From a virus: a DNA stretch of 64,000 bases. The stretch is from the IMG/VR virus record IMGVR_UViG_3300005683_000016, positions 32,001 to 96,000 of that record; one strand, written 5' to 3'. The notes under the pieces were generated by a model. It was not told the origin of the DNA. It saw only the letters and a program-made list of their open reading frames with translations, and made no database searches. This document shows positions 1-10,600 of this stretch, piece after piece. The position numbers and the translations under genes are program-made. Every line of letters begins with the position of its first letter. Within the stretch, counting starts at the first letter, position 1.

Positions 1-187
1 ATTCATAATCTTCTGGAAATTCGTAACAAAGTTCGTTACCCAACTGATTGACAACAAACCAATTATTCCCTTCGTTGTCGAATACGTCCCCATTTAGCAA
101 AAAAGTCAAATCCCTGTCCTCAAGCAAGGAAGGGTGTACATCGTAATTCAATTTTTGTCCAGCAGTTTGCTTAACAGAATCTACCAT
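1..187 (-). CDS. Partial (5' end) tail stabilisation/muzzle-like protein
   Basis: ATG at 187 overlaps the upstream stop and the frame is open to the window edge: MVDSVKQTAGQKLNYDVHPSLL...FLLNG...GNELC. This resembles the N-terminus of crAss-like tail stabilisation proteins and follows the ring genes. Confidence 0.5.
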   Translation of the reverse strand, partial: MVDSVKQTAGQKLNYDVHPSLLEDRDLTFLLNGDVFDNEGNNWFVVNQLGNELCYEFPEDYE

Positions 188-1092
188 CTATTATTTAAAG
201 GTCTTTTTGTAGGATGAGTTAATTGATTACCATGACCATATACAACTTGCTCAAACTTGGAATAACGATCATAAAAAGTTTTTCGAGCATCGTACATCTC
301 TTTGAAATCTACTTGTTTTACAAAAGATCTTGCGTTAGCCTCCAACACAGCAAGTTCGTTCTTTGAATCATGGTATCTTTGTTGTACATCTGCGTCATTG
401 TTCCAGTACATTACTTGAAATACTTTTTTGACACAAGCCCCCTTGATCCATTCTCTGATTCTTGCAAAGTCTGGAATTAACAAATCTTTCCCATCTATGG
501 TATCTTTTTCCAACTTCTGAAGATACTCCATATAAATGTAACCTGTTTCAAAACCTGCTACTAAAAGTTTACTTGACAGGTCTATTTGATGTTGATGCAA
601 AACACTTTTATTAAAGCAATTATTAGCACAGTAAGGTAAAGAAGAATTAGAAATAGATAAAGGAGCAAACTCCTTAAAAGTAACATCAAATGTTTCAAAT
701 CTCTGAACTATTCCCCACTGATCCCCGCACTCATCTGTACACAAAGTCGACTTACCTGTAACCATGAAGTCAGCAATGGTTGAATCGCTGACTTCATACA
801 ATTGAGGATTTTCTGTTGTAGTAGAGGTTATCTTGTAATCAAAACACGCTAATGCCAAGAGTAACTTATGAAAATCATCAGGTAAGGGAGACTTATAGTT
901 GTCTACGAAAAGAGTAGTTTTTCCTACAGGATAAATCTTGGAACCTAACTTGGAAAGACACTCTGCTATCACTGGATATAAGTGAGAATTATCTACTACT
1001 GCTCTTTCAAAATAGACTCGTAGATCGTTCTTTACTTCAGCGAGTAGATCTTCAGCAGTAATAAAATTTACGTTCTTATCGAGATTGGTCAT
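181..1092 (-). CDS. Virion tail ring / tubular-type structural protein
   Basis: 303 aa with an LPDDF motif and a C-terminal 'IPD..IREWI' helix pattern. Synteny matches crAss-like tail genes. Confidence 0.55.
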   Translation of the reverse strand: MTNLDKNVNFITAEDLLAEVKNDLRVYFERAVVDNSHLYPVIAECLSKLGSKIYPVGKTTLFVDNYKSPLPDDFHKLLLALACFDYKITSTTTENPQLYEVSDSTIADFMVTGKSTLCTDECGDQWGIVQRFETFDVTFKEFAPLSISNSSLPYCANNCFNKSVLHQHQIDLSSKLLVAGFETGYIYMEYLQKLEKDTIDGKDLLIPDFARIREWIKGACVKKVFQVMYWNNDADVQQRYHDSKNELAVLEANARSFVKQVDFKEMYDARKTFYDRYSKFEQVVYGHGNQLTHPTKRPLNNRW

Positions 1093-1097
1093 AAGCG

Positions 1098-1811
1098 TTA
1101 AGGTGAAATTTGTCTTTCAATAGTATTGGCATTAGGATGTTCATCCGGTTTCAATTGGGTAATTGGAACCAACTCAGATCTTGCCATTTTAATGGCAGCA
1201 TCTTCCAAATAATCAGGAAGTTGCACTTTAGATCTCAGTTTGGAACCACAATCTCCACTACTTGAATCTATTGGAGGGTTGGAAATAGAGTTGTTGTTAG
1301 AAGTGTTACAGTTGAAATCTGCAAGATCTCCTTCAAACAACGCTGACAAGGACAACCAAGGATATTCATGTTTAGGAGTATAAAGAAATCCGTTGTGAAT
1401 AAAAGCATAATTCTCTCTATTAAAACGGACTTTGCTTTTTACTTCATATTGAAAAGGACTAACTATTACAAAAGTTCTGCTTAAGTCTGGTGTAGCCAAC
1501 CATCTGTAAATAATTCCGTCGTTACTTTCTATGAATTTGGGAAGTTTTCTTTTGGAACGATACACTTCACAATTGGTAGGTAGCACAAGACAATTGCAAT
1601 AAATAGAATTAACTGCTTCCATTTCTATACAAATGGGTTCCCACACATCAGACATGGAATAAATGTTACCGGAAGCAGTATCTTGTTTAAGCAACTGTTT
1701 CATGGCAGTCAAATAAGTATTCCACAAATATCTGTTTGAGTAGATAGAATCATCAGATACTTCTTTTATTGAGGAACGAAGTCTTGCTACCACTTCACCT
1801 ATAGTTGTCAT
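1098..1811 (-). CDS. Virion tail ring structural protein
   Basis: 237 aa: MTTIGEVVARLRS..SDDS.YSNR N-terminus, Cys-rich middle, 'YAFIHNGFLY' motif; typical of crAss-like ring proteins. Confidence 0.6.
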   Translation of the reverse strand: MTTIGEVVARLRSSIKEVSDDSIYSNRYLWNTYLTAMKQLLKQDTASGNIYSMSDVWEPICIEMEAVNSIYCNCLVLPTNCEVYRSKRKLPKFIESNDGIIYRWLATPDLSRTFVIVSPFQYEVKSKVRFNRENYAFIHNGFLYTPKHEYPWLSLSALFEGDLADFNCNTSNNNSISNPPIDSSSGDCGSKLRSKVQLPDYLEDAAIKMARSELVPITQLKPDEHPNANTIERQISP

Positions 1812-1815
1812 TTTT

Positions 1816-2328
1816 CTATCTTAGAGATTTTATTAGATCAGTAGTTTCTTTTATTTTTTTGGGGTTTACTGCTTTTCGTTTAAAGAAGTCTAAGTCGTTT
1901 TCGTATTTAATCCAATGAAAAAATTTATCCTCCTTTATGCGACTGATAAGTTTATCTCTGAACAAACGAGCGGATTCAAACCTGTAACATAGTAACATTT
2001 GTAGTCTAAAACGTTCGAATTTTATATTCCACGCTAATTTATAATAAATGTTGTCTGTTCGTACCAACTTATGTTTTCTGTGTTTTTGTCTTTCAGTATC
2101 TATGTATTTAGCACCGATTATTTGAAGCCTACCCATTTTGTGAGGAAACTGAAAACCATCGGTAGTATCCAATATGACATCTTCTACGATTTCTCTAAAG
2201 GAAGATAGAATCTTTCTTATTGTCCAGTAATCAAATCCTTTCTCTTTAAGGTCAGGATGTCTTTTTTGAAACTCTCTCCATACTTCGTGAGAGATAGTTA
2301 TTTTATAATCATTGTATGCCTTGTACAT
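1816..2328 (-). CDS. HU/IHF-like basic DNA-binding protein
   Basis: Basic 170 aa with 'GFQFPHKMGRLQI' and 'YRFESAR' motifs resembling an HU arm; crAss-like tail regions carry IHF-like genes. Confidence 0.55.
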   Translation of the reverse strand: MYKAYNDYKITISHEVWREFQKRHPDLKEKGFDYWTIRKILSSFREIVEDVILDTTDGFQFPHKMGRLQIIGAKYIDTERQKHRKHKLVRTDNIYYKLAWNIKFERFRLQMLLCYRFESARLFRDKLISRIKEDKFFHWIKYENDLDFFKRKAVNPKKIKETTDLIKSLR

Positions 2329-2356
2329 AATATAACTAATTCAGACTAAATTTCAA
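2327..2356 (-). promoter_or_regulatory. Candidate late promoter TTGAAA-N13-AGTTATATTAT
   Basis: The same 11-mer and spacing recur in front of the portal gene (28695-28724). Confidence 0.45.
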
Positions 2357-2376
2357 AGAAATAGGTGTAATGTTTA

Positions 2377-3474
2377 TTATGTGTAAAACAAGTAATGTTC
2401 TTCAATTGCGTTGTTGGTAAGGATGTCCATGCATACACCCTTGGTGTTTTGCATGAAATTGGTCTGTGACCATTTGGAAGAACCGTACATAGAGAGAACG
2501 TTCTTATACCTGAAAAATTCTCCAAACTGACAAGATGCTTGATGTTGATCCCCCTTGACTACATGAATGTATTTAGAACTGATTTGATGGGCATCTATAT
2601 ATCTTTTAAAATAAAGTTCGGTCTTTAAGTCCAAGGTAGAAGGTAGGGGATTTTTTAAATCTTCTGCATCCTTACCATGACATAAGATAAAACAATGATT
2701 ATCTATCTCAAAATGCTCGATAAATTTATCTCCTATGTAAACCTCTACATCTGGATATTTAAGATTTATTGCTGTCTCTAATGACTTGTTGCATATCCAC
2801 TCAAAATCCCCTCCGTGATTGGATTCTCCTGCTGTGATATAGGAAAGATTACACTTACACTTTTCTTGAATCGTATGAACAAAGTCCAAATGAACCTTCA
2901 TAAAAACAGAATAAACCTCACGATTGGTCATGTTTTGAGGAAGGGTATGACCTCCTCTTGTAGTTTTTTTATCAAATCCGTCCACGGTGTCTAAAAGATC
3001 TATAAGAACTATAGCATCAAATTGACGATTGTTATGAAGATCAATGATATGCTTTGCCAAAACAGTCATCCTTCTCTCAAACTCTTCAGCATTGTACTCG
3101 TTATCAAAAAGAGAGTTTTCTTTGGTCTGTGCTCCTATATGCTTGTCAGACATATAAACAAGTAGTGCAGAAGAAACATCTTCATAAACAGGTACGGTTT
3201 CTTGAACAGGAGAATAGGTTTTTAAAAAAGATTCGAACTCTTCCTTGTAGTTAACTCCGTCTCCCTGTTTGACCATAAAAGTAGATCTTCCTTTCTCTTT
3301 GATCCATTGAGCCTTGACATCCCAACCTTCTTTGATTTGTTCAAGTGCTTTTTCTTTGGCTTCTCTTACGAGTTCTTCTTCTACTCCCAAAGATTTGGCT
3401 ATAGAAGGAACTCCTTTTTCCAAGTAGGAACGATGTGCAATAAAATGTTGAACAAGTGTTTCTAAAGTGTACAT
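2377..3474 (-). CDS. Calcineurin-like metallophosphoesterase
   Basis: Motifs SDKHIG, DTVDG, SNHGG, LCHG and GDQH appear in canonical order. Confidence 0.75.
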   Translation of the reverse strand: MYTLETLVQHFIAHRSYLEKGVPSIAKSLGVEEELVREAKEKALEQIKEGWDVKAQWIKEKGRSTFMVKQGDGVNYKEEFESFLKTYSPVQETVPVYEDVSSALLVYMSDKHIGAQTKENSLFDNEYNAEEFERRMTVLAKHIIDLHNNRQFDAIVLIDLLDTVDGFDKKTTRGGHTLPQNMTNREVYSVFMKVHLDFVHTIQEKCKCNLSYITAGESNHGGDFEWICNKSLETAINLKYPDVEVYIGDKFIEHFEIDNHCFILCHGKDAEDLKNPLPSTLDLKTELYFKRYIDAHQISSKYIHVVKGDQHQASCQFGEFFRYKNVLSMYGSSKWSQTNFMQNTKGVCMDILTNNAIEEHYLFYT

Positions 3475-3500
3475 TCAGTGTGTTTTTGTAAAAAGTTGAA

Positions 3501-3508
3501 CAAAGATA
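3501..3508 (-). promoter_or_regulatory. Bacteroidota sigma-A -7 element (TATCTTTG)
   Basis: Matches TAnnTTTG 26 nt upstream of the phosphoesterase start, just after a terminator. Confidence 0.6.
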
Positions 3509-3528
3509 TGTCAAATCTTTCAATTAAC

Positions 3529-3560
3529 AAAAAAGCCCCTCTCACTGTTGAGAAGAGCCT
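3529..3560 (-). terminator. Intrinsic terminator
   Basis: GCTCTTCTCA-loop-TGAGAGGGGC followed by TTTTTT on the minus strand. Confidence 0.7.
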
Positions 3561-3589
3561 GTTATAACCAACAATCGGATTTTGCATAT

Positions 3590-4510
3590 TTAAGTGATGA
3601 AATAACTTATTCCAGAGAAGTATACATTTCCGTCAAGATTCACTCCTCCTGCTATATCATCAGCAGCGACAGAAACTATACCACCTGTAGTAATCAGTAT
3701 GCTTGCCCATCCATTTGAATCTGCATCTGTGCATCTTACATAAAAAGTCATATTATATGAAGGTCTGTATTCTACTGGAAGAAGAAAAGTTTGAGTAGAA
3801 TTTTCCCCATTCTTTACCGCACCAGAGATTTTTACTTCATTTCCCTTACGATGTATCCGTATAGGATAGCCCAAAACATCTTCCCAATCATTTTCAAGAT
3901 CTACACTTTCTGTATAGGTGACAAGTTCTCCTGTAAAGTTGTTGCTTACCACAAGCCACTGATAAGAAACGTCATTTATTTGTACGAGTTTAAGTCTAAG
4001 TACTTTGTGAACAGGATCGGCAAGATCATAAAAAGAATTGGTCGTAAGAAGAGGATTCCAACTGTACTGAATCTGTACGTTGAACTTGTAATTCAAAAAA
4101 GCAATCTGATTGTCTGTAACACTACTTATGTCCTTTATCAGGATTTCTTTGTTTATAAAGGCAGAAGTGGTGGGAAGGACTAAAGTATTTTCATAAGTAC
4201 CAGATGCTTCATCATCGGTAAACGTAAGCAGTAGTATTTTGGTAACATCCTCTTCTACAATAGTATAAGAATCTCCATCATCTGTTTCTCCATCAGAATG
4301 AAACTTTATGATCTTGGATGCCATTTCATTGTTACATTCTATCAATTGCAACAAGTCTGTAAGGGTTCTTTTATCACCATCGTCCACACTGGAATTTTCA
4401 AAACAAAGGGGGTCTTTATCATAAATGACACAGTCTGCGTTTACCGTAGAAGCACATCCGGTAGAGCAAGGAGTAATGGTTTTGGTTTGAGAGCAATTTG
4501 TACAAGTCAT
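3590..4510 (-). CDS. Structural/fibre-like protein, paralogue 1 (Cys-rich N-terminus)
   Basis: N-terminal CxxC...NADCV.Y; C-terminal beta domain 'V.ISG...LPVEYRPS...FSGISY' common in tail fibre/baseplate proteins. Confidence 0.55.
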   Translation of the reverse strand: MTCTNCSQTKTITPCSTGCASTVNADCVIYDKDPLCFENSSVDDGDKRTLTDLLQLIECNNEMASKIIKFHSDGETDDGDSYTIVEEDVTKILLLTFTDDEASGTYENTLVLPTTSAFINKEILIKDISSVTDNQIAFLNYKFNVQIQYSWNPLLTTNSFYDLADPVHKVLRLKLVQINDVSYQWLVVSNNFTGELVTYTESVDLENDWEDVLGYPIRIHRKGNEVKISGAVKNGENSTQTFLLPVEYRPSYNMTFYVRCTDADSNGWASILITTGGIVSVAADDIAGGVNLDGNVYFSGISYFIT

Positions 4511-4546
4511 TTTATTTGTCTTAAGAGTTGAGATTTAATTAATTGA

Positions 4547-5395
4547 CTAATCAACATACCAACTTACACCGAACAAAGAAAGATTTTCTCCACTCGTAAG
4601 ATGGGTTCCTCCCGGAAAACTAACTGCAATAAAGGTATTGATCGTAAGAAGTGCTCGATAAGGAGAAGCATCTACCGCTACCAAAAAATAACCGGAAGAA
4701 GAAGGTCTGTCTTTGGCATCAAGATTCAAAAGAGTTGTAGGGACATTTCCTCCAGTGACCATACCCTGCAATTGTCTTAGTTTACCGAGTCTGATAAGTT
4801 TGAGTTCTTCTACTATTTCCCAATTGCCCTCAAGATCTTCATCTGTGAACACTTGAACAGAGGGAGTTCCTATAGAAGGACTTGTTACCACCCAAGAGTA
4901 GTTGATACCGTCTTTTTTCAGATAAGTCAAGTACAAGACTTTGTGAGGCTCCCATGCAAGTTTATCAAACTCGTTTGTTTCCTCTTCTTGATCAAATACA
5001 ATGTTTTCAGAAAACTCCCAATATACTGTACCAGAAGGATCATAATCTACCGAAATATCTTTTAGGATAAGAGTTTTATCTATAAATTCCGCAGACTCTG
5101 GTAATGTAATGGTATAAGTAACATCGTTTGCACTATTGATGTCTCCGTTTAAAAGAAGAATCTTACAAGCATCCTCTGTCAGAATTTCGTAATCTCCTGT
5201 TACAATTTTAGCACTCCTTTCGCACTTATCCTCTCCTATCAGTTCAAGTATCGAAGAAAGAGAACGAGAAGATCCGTTGTTTACATTTGTCTCAAAAGGA
5301 AGTTTGTCTCCCTTATACTCTACACAATCTGCGTTTACAGTATAAGGACAGTCACAGTTTTCCAGACTTACTTTTTTGCATGCTGTACAAGCCAT
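4547..5395 (-). CDS. Structural/fibre-like protein, paralogue 2
   Basis: Likely start MACTACKK at 5395. Collinear similarity to 3590-4510 (NADCV.Y, KILLL, KDIS, HKVL, RPS, G.S). Confidence 0.55.
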   Translation of the reverse strand: MACTACKKVSLENCDCPYTVNADCVEYKGDKLPFETNVNNGSSRSLSSILELIGEDKCERSAKIVTGDYEILTEDACKILLLNGDINSANDVTYTITLPESAEFIDKTLILKDISVDYDPSGTVYWEFSENIVFDQEEETNEFDKLAWEPHKVLYLTYLKKDGINYSWVVTSPSIGTPSVQVFTDEDLEGNWEIVEELKLIRLGKLRQLQGMVTGGNVPTTLLNLDAKDRPSSSGYFLVAVDASPYRALLTINTFIAVSFPGGTHLTSGENLSLFGVSWYVD

Positions 5396-5459
5396 TTTAA
5401 ATAGTTTTTTTAAAAAACACATAAATATAAGTTATAGATATATGAATAAAAGATAACAA

Positions 5460-5924
5460 TTATTCAACAAAGAAAGATATACCATCAAGGTATAATTTGG
5501 ATGATTCTCCAGTTGGAGCAGTACCTGTAAAATAAAGTCTCAGATTTCGATCTACTTCGATCTTTAAAAATACGTTATAGGTTGTTCCTGTAAACTCGTG
5601 TGCCAAGGGAACAATTCTTCTTTCGGTTATTTTGACGGGTAAAGTTGCAATAACTGATTGAACATCTCCACCGGAAAGTTCTCCAGAAAGGTGATAAAGT
5701 TTACCTTTTTTGAGAAGTTTGGGCTGTCGAACAATAGTCCATCCAGTTCCTACAACAATATCCTGAACAGAATCTAAAGTTTCTTCCTGACAGCATAGTT
5801 TTTCAGAAATTTCCTTAAGCCAATCATTAAGAGTGTTACCTTCAAATTCAAAACATTTTGGTTTACGAAGACCTACTTCTATTACTTGGTTAGAAGATAT
5901 GGGATTTGTGTTACAGTTGTCCAT
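5460..5924 (-). CDS. Short fibre-like protein, paralogue 3
   Basis: Shares the C-terminal domain (HLSGELSGG...LP...LYLDGISF) with the two neighbouring genes. Confidence 0.5.
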   Translation of the reverse strand: MDNCNTNPISSNQVIEVGLRKPKCFEFEGNTLNDWLKEISEKLCCQEETLDSVQDIVVGTGWTIVRQPKLLKKGKLYHLSGELSGGDVQSVIATLPVKITERRIVPLAHEFTGTTYNVFLKIEVDRNLRLYFTGTAPTGESSKLYLDGISFFVE

Positions 5925-5970
5925 GTTATTTAAGTTAATTAGTTGGTTAATAATTTAATAATTTAATAAT

Positions 5971-6909
5971 TTAATAATAAGAAGATACATTAGTATAAAT
6001 ACTACTTCTATTTGAAGATTGATTGGTCGGATAAACAATCAGTTCTTGAATTGATTCTGAGGAGTCAGCACTATCCGACCCAACCCATGCTGTAAACGTT
6101 CCCGATCTTGAAAAAGAAGCAAGACCTGAAGCAGACTCACTCTGAACTGAACCATCAATACGAATTTCAGCAGTTGACGCGTTTTGTACGATAGTTTCGC
6201 AAATATGCTGAGAATTGTCTGATACTGTTGTGTTCTTGTACATATATGACGAAACACCTTCAAACAAGGCATAAGAATTTGAAAAATCAGATCCAAAAAG
6301 AAGAAAATCGAGAGCAGTGTTATCACAGAGCGTATTTATAAAAGTGCTGGCAGACACTACCGAAATCCCGTATAATTGTGAAGAACCAGATACATCTGCA
6401 AAATCAACTGTTTCTGAAAGCGGAGTATCGTCCAATGAAAAAAGAGCAGGACGACTATTTTTTTCAAGAACAGAACCATTGTCAACTATTTGCCACTTAC
6501 TCATTGCGACATCAAACTCATATCCATTACCAGACTGGTCATACCATTTTATTACATATCCGTCTGTCCCGGAACAAAAAGTGGTCAACGCTGATTCATC
6601 GAGATCACCATCTGCTTCAAATCCTATGTCTTGGGTAGTGTTGTCTGAAGATCTTTGAACCCTGAGACAATTTCCCATATAAGAAGTAGAAAGTTTTCTA
6701 ACCGATAAAGCAAGTCCTGCTCCGGGATAATCATCAAGTATCCCTGTAAAGGTAGCCAGAGTAACACCGTTAACTTTTTTAATGTTTGAGTCAGAAACAG
6801 TAGATACTTTCTTAATGTCGGTATCTGTTACTCCATCTACTTTTTTGATGTCTTGAGAAGATAGAGGAAAAGAAATTAACAACAACAACAAAAACAACAA
6901 TCTTTTCAT
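5971..6909 (-). CDS. Signal-peptide-bearing ConA/LamG-like lectin (arabinofuranosidase-B catalytic-like) protein
   Basis: MKRLLFLLLLLISFPLSS|Q signal peptide, three IKKVxxV repeats, and 'LSVRKLSTSY.G..LRVQRSSDNT.QDIGF...WYDQSGNG' typical of phage AbfB-like domains. Confidence 0.7.
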   Translation of the reverse strand: MKRLLFLLLLLISFPLSSQDIKKVDGVTDTDIKKVSTVSDSNIKKVNGVTLATFTGILDDYPGAGLALSVRKLSTSYMGNCLRVQRSSDNTTQDIGFEADGDLDESALTTFCSGTDGYVIKWYDQSGNGYEFDVAMSKWQIVDNGSVLEKNSRPALFSLDDTPLSETVDFADVSGSSQLYGISVVSASTFINTLCDNTALDFLLFGSDFSNSYALFEGVSSYMYKNTTVSDNSQHICETIVQNASTAEIRIDGSVQSESASGLASFSRSGTFTAWVGSDSADSSESIQELIVYPTNQSSNRSSIYTNVSSYY

Positions 6910-6922
6910 AGTGTGTTTATAA

Positions 6923-7618
6923 TTATTTTACTTCAACAATAGTTTGAGAAGGATTTAAAAATTCTTTTACCTGAATGTCATTATTGTTCTTTTTACTGAA
7001 CAAAGTATGAAAAAGAACATGGCATTCTTTACAAAAAGTAATTCCGTTATTTATATCTGTCCTTAATTCAACATGAGAAGCATAATTAAATATATGATGA
7101 GCATTCAATTCTCCACCTCTTTGTTTACATTTTTGACATGTATAATTATCTCTTTTAAATACTTCCTTTCTCCAAACTGTATCTGCTGTATATCTTTTTT
7201 GTTTTACAGGTGTTTTATAATTACCATCGACCCAATTAGGATGTTCCGAACCATAATATGTAGGTGGTTTATTACCGTTTAATAATGATTTTTGTCTTAT
7301 TTTGTTTTTATGGTCTTCTGATAAACTACCTGTTTTTAATCCTTTGTTCCAAGATTTACGTCCTTTATTAAAACTATTACAAAGCATTCTCGTACTTACT
7401 GCTTTGTTGTAACATTCTCTACAGCAGTATTTTCTTGGTCGTTTGTGCCATCTTCCTTTAGGTGTAAACTCTTTATTACATATTAAACAGTTTTGAACTA
7501 TTTTGTTTTTCTCTTTTAGAGACTTAGATTTTTCGTATCTAAGTTTTGCTTTCTCTCTAAGTTTTTCCCTGTTTAATATATAATACTCTTTTTGTTTGTT
7601 TTTATCTTTATAAGGCAT
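6923..7618 (-). CDS. HNH homing endonuclease with NUMOD3-like motif
   Basis: 'WRKEVFKRDNYTCQKC...LNAHHI...NGITFCKECH..FH' HNH core plus 'SEDHKNKI' NUMOD3. Confidence 0.9.
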   Translation of the reverse strand: MPYKDKNKQKEYYILNREKLREKAKLRYEKSKSLKEKNKIVQNCLICNKEFTPKGRWHKRPRKYCCRECYNKAVSTRMLCNSFNKGRKSWNKGLKTGSLSEDHKNKIRQKSLLNGNKPPTYYGSEHPNWVDGNYKTPVKQKRYTADTVWRKEVFKRDNYTCQKCKQRGGELNAHHIFNYASHVELRTDINNGITFCKECHVLFHTLFSKKNNNDIQVKEFLNPSQTIVEVK

Positions 7619-7624
7619 AATAAA

Positions 7625-10600
7625 TTATTTTATTTCTACAATGGTCTTGTCTGGATCAACTAATATTCTATCAGGATGTACTGCAATACCTACAATCACC
7701 ACACAATCATCAGTACCACTTGGAGCAGTTTGAGTAAGAGTATTTCCTGTTGTTCCCGTAGTAGAAAGATAGACATAACCTCCTACTGTCCAGTTCCAAG
7801 AGTCATTTCTTGCAATACCCTTAAGTAAATAGGTTGCTGAGTTACCAGTAGTAACGGTAGCGGTACACATAGCAACTACTTTTGCTGTTGCTATGCCATC
7901 TGCATCAGCAAGGGTTGCATCACCATCAGAACCTATATATACTACGTCACCAAATGCTTGGTTTTCATTAGCAGTAAAAGTTATTTTTTCACCACTTACT
8001 GTTGTGTTAGAAGAAGGTGCAGCAGTAATTACCATTGAGTTTAAGGTGGTTGTCGTAAAGGACAAACCGTCTCCCAAAGTTACACCAGAAAAATCACCAT
8101 CACCATCGGCACCAACCAGTATCGTCGGGTTATCTGTTGTAAGATCTGAAACCCTTAACTCACCTGTAATGTCTACTGTTCTTGCTGGAGCAGAGGTAGA
8201 ACCAAAACGAGTTGCACCAGCAAAGTTGTTTGTAGTGGAAGAACCAGACTGATAAATACCTTTTGCAGATGAATTTGAATAAGCGATTTCTAATCCTCTA
8301 AAATCTGCAATTGTCGTAAGGGTCGGATTTAAGTAGATTCCTCTGGTAATACCACTTGCTCCACCTGTCTGATTAATCGTAGAAGTAAGATTTAGAGATG
8401 CATATGCTTGAGTACCTGAAGTCGGATTAAAAGTATCATCTAACAGAATAGTATGATCTCCTAAAGTAGTTACACTATAAGTAGAGGGAGAATAGACATA
8501 AATTTCTTCTGCCGAATCATCAAATCCCCACAAAGGATTATTATCGTTCCAAGCAAAAAAGAAAGTTCCGTTGGAAGATGCTTTTGCTACCGTAGCATCT
8601 GGAATAACATCCGAACCTCCATAAATACCATTTCCTGCACCTGCTGTAGCAGTAAGAGTTGTTCCTGTAAGACTTAATCCACTTCCTACTGTAATACTGG
8701 ACAACACACCGTTAGCATCTGCTCCTACTATACTGGCAGGATTAGTAGTAGACAAATCTCGTATTCTTACTTCTCCTCCAACATCAAGAGTTCTACTTGG
8801 ACTTGATGTGGAAGACCCTATTCCTAACTTACCTCTTAGATAAGATCTTACAGTATCACCTTCTGGTTGCCACAAAAACGTGTGAGTAGAAGGTTTATAG
8901 TTGATTCCTCTAAAATCATTGGGAGCAGCAGTAAGAGTAGGATCTATGAACAAACCGTTCATGGGTTGATTTGCACCACTGGTTTGATTTATAGTAGTTC
9001 CCAACCTGAGCAAAGAAGGGTATCCTGTGAGAGTACTTGCCAAAGTAGGTGAGTAAGTACCTTCAATGTTTAAAAAGGTGCTTCCTACAAACGTATCTGT
9101 TTTAGCAGCAGTTGGTACTATAGTTACCCCTTGAATAAAAGAATTACCACCCGGAGGTTCTAATTTTATGGTACCGCCCGATGTTTTCAAGGTCATGTTT
9201 CCAGATCCACTGATATAAGACGCATCGTCTTGATAAAGAGAAAATCCAGTAGAGGAAGAAGATCTTTCAATAAATATACCATCAGCAGTGGTGGATTGTT
9301 TTAAATAAAGTCTATAACTTGAAGAGGGACTTGCTCCAATTCCAACTTGAGCACCATTAAAAGTAAAGTCTGCATCACTAGTAACAGTTTGAGTTCCGTT
9401 AAAATAAGCAACCCTACCGGATACTCCACTACCTGTAATGTCGTCACTTGCATTAGTATCTCCCGTGTTTGTTAAAGTGATAGTGGATCCAGATTCGTTA
9501 ATAGAAAGTCCTGTAGAAGCCTCAATTGTAACAGCAGTAGAACCACTGGTATTACTTACAATAGTAGAGGTGGTTCCGCTTCCAGCACCTACTGTTAAAC
9601 TTCCTTCATTGGTTACACTTCCATCCACTTCAGTTGCTGTCACAGTAACGGCACCTGCGGTTTGAGAAATTACAGCAATCCCCGCTCCTGTAATAGACCA
9701 CGAACCACCACCATTAGATAAAGTATTGGTATAAGTAGTAGTACCTCCGTGAGAATATGTTTGTAGTTCATTTGAAGTACTACCGTCTACCTCGGTAGTA
9801 GTGATACGAAGTACATTGGACGATGGTTCACTAAGTACACTTATTCCTGCTGCTTCAATGGTGATGTCGTTAGAAGAACCAGAAATGTCAAATACATAAG
9901 GATTGCTTCCAGTAAGAGACAAATCTTGTATTTCGTTGGTAGTTGAACCGTCAACTTCAGTTGCACCAATAGTTATGGTTGATCCACTTTCACTTACAGT
10001 GACTATTCCTGATCCTTCTATAGTTACTGCTGTGGAACCAGATGTGTTACTCACAATTGTAGAACTATTTCCACCTCCTGTTCCAACAGTTAAACTACCT
10101 TCATTACTAACACTTGCGTCAGTAGCAGTAAAGACAAGAGTATTTGCCGGAGATTCCGACAAAGTTATACCGCTTCCAGAAATTGTAACGTCTGTCCCTG
10201 TTGACGATTCAATTGTATAAGTAGGCCCTGCACCACCAATTGTAAGATCGGTTGCTCCACCAGTTGCGGTTAAAGTGGTTCCAGACAATGACAATCCTGT
10301 TCCTACTGTAATACCGGCAAAATCACCATCGCCGTCTGCACCTACTAAAACAGTTGGGTTGTCTGTTACCAAGTCGCTGACCCTCAGTTCTCCAGTAACA
10401 TCTAATGTGCGTGCAGGAGTAGAGGTAGATCCTATTCTTGTATTACCTGCAAAGTTGTTTGTAGTACTTGTTCCAGACTGATAAATACCTTTTGCTGTGG
10501 CACTTGAATAAGGTATGTCTATTCCTCTATAGTCTGCTACAGCAGTAAGAGTTGGATTGATATAAATAGATCTGATTATACCGTTTGCTCCACCTGTCTG

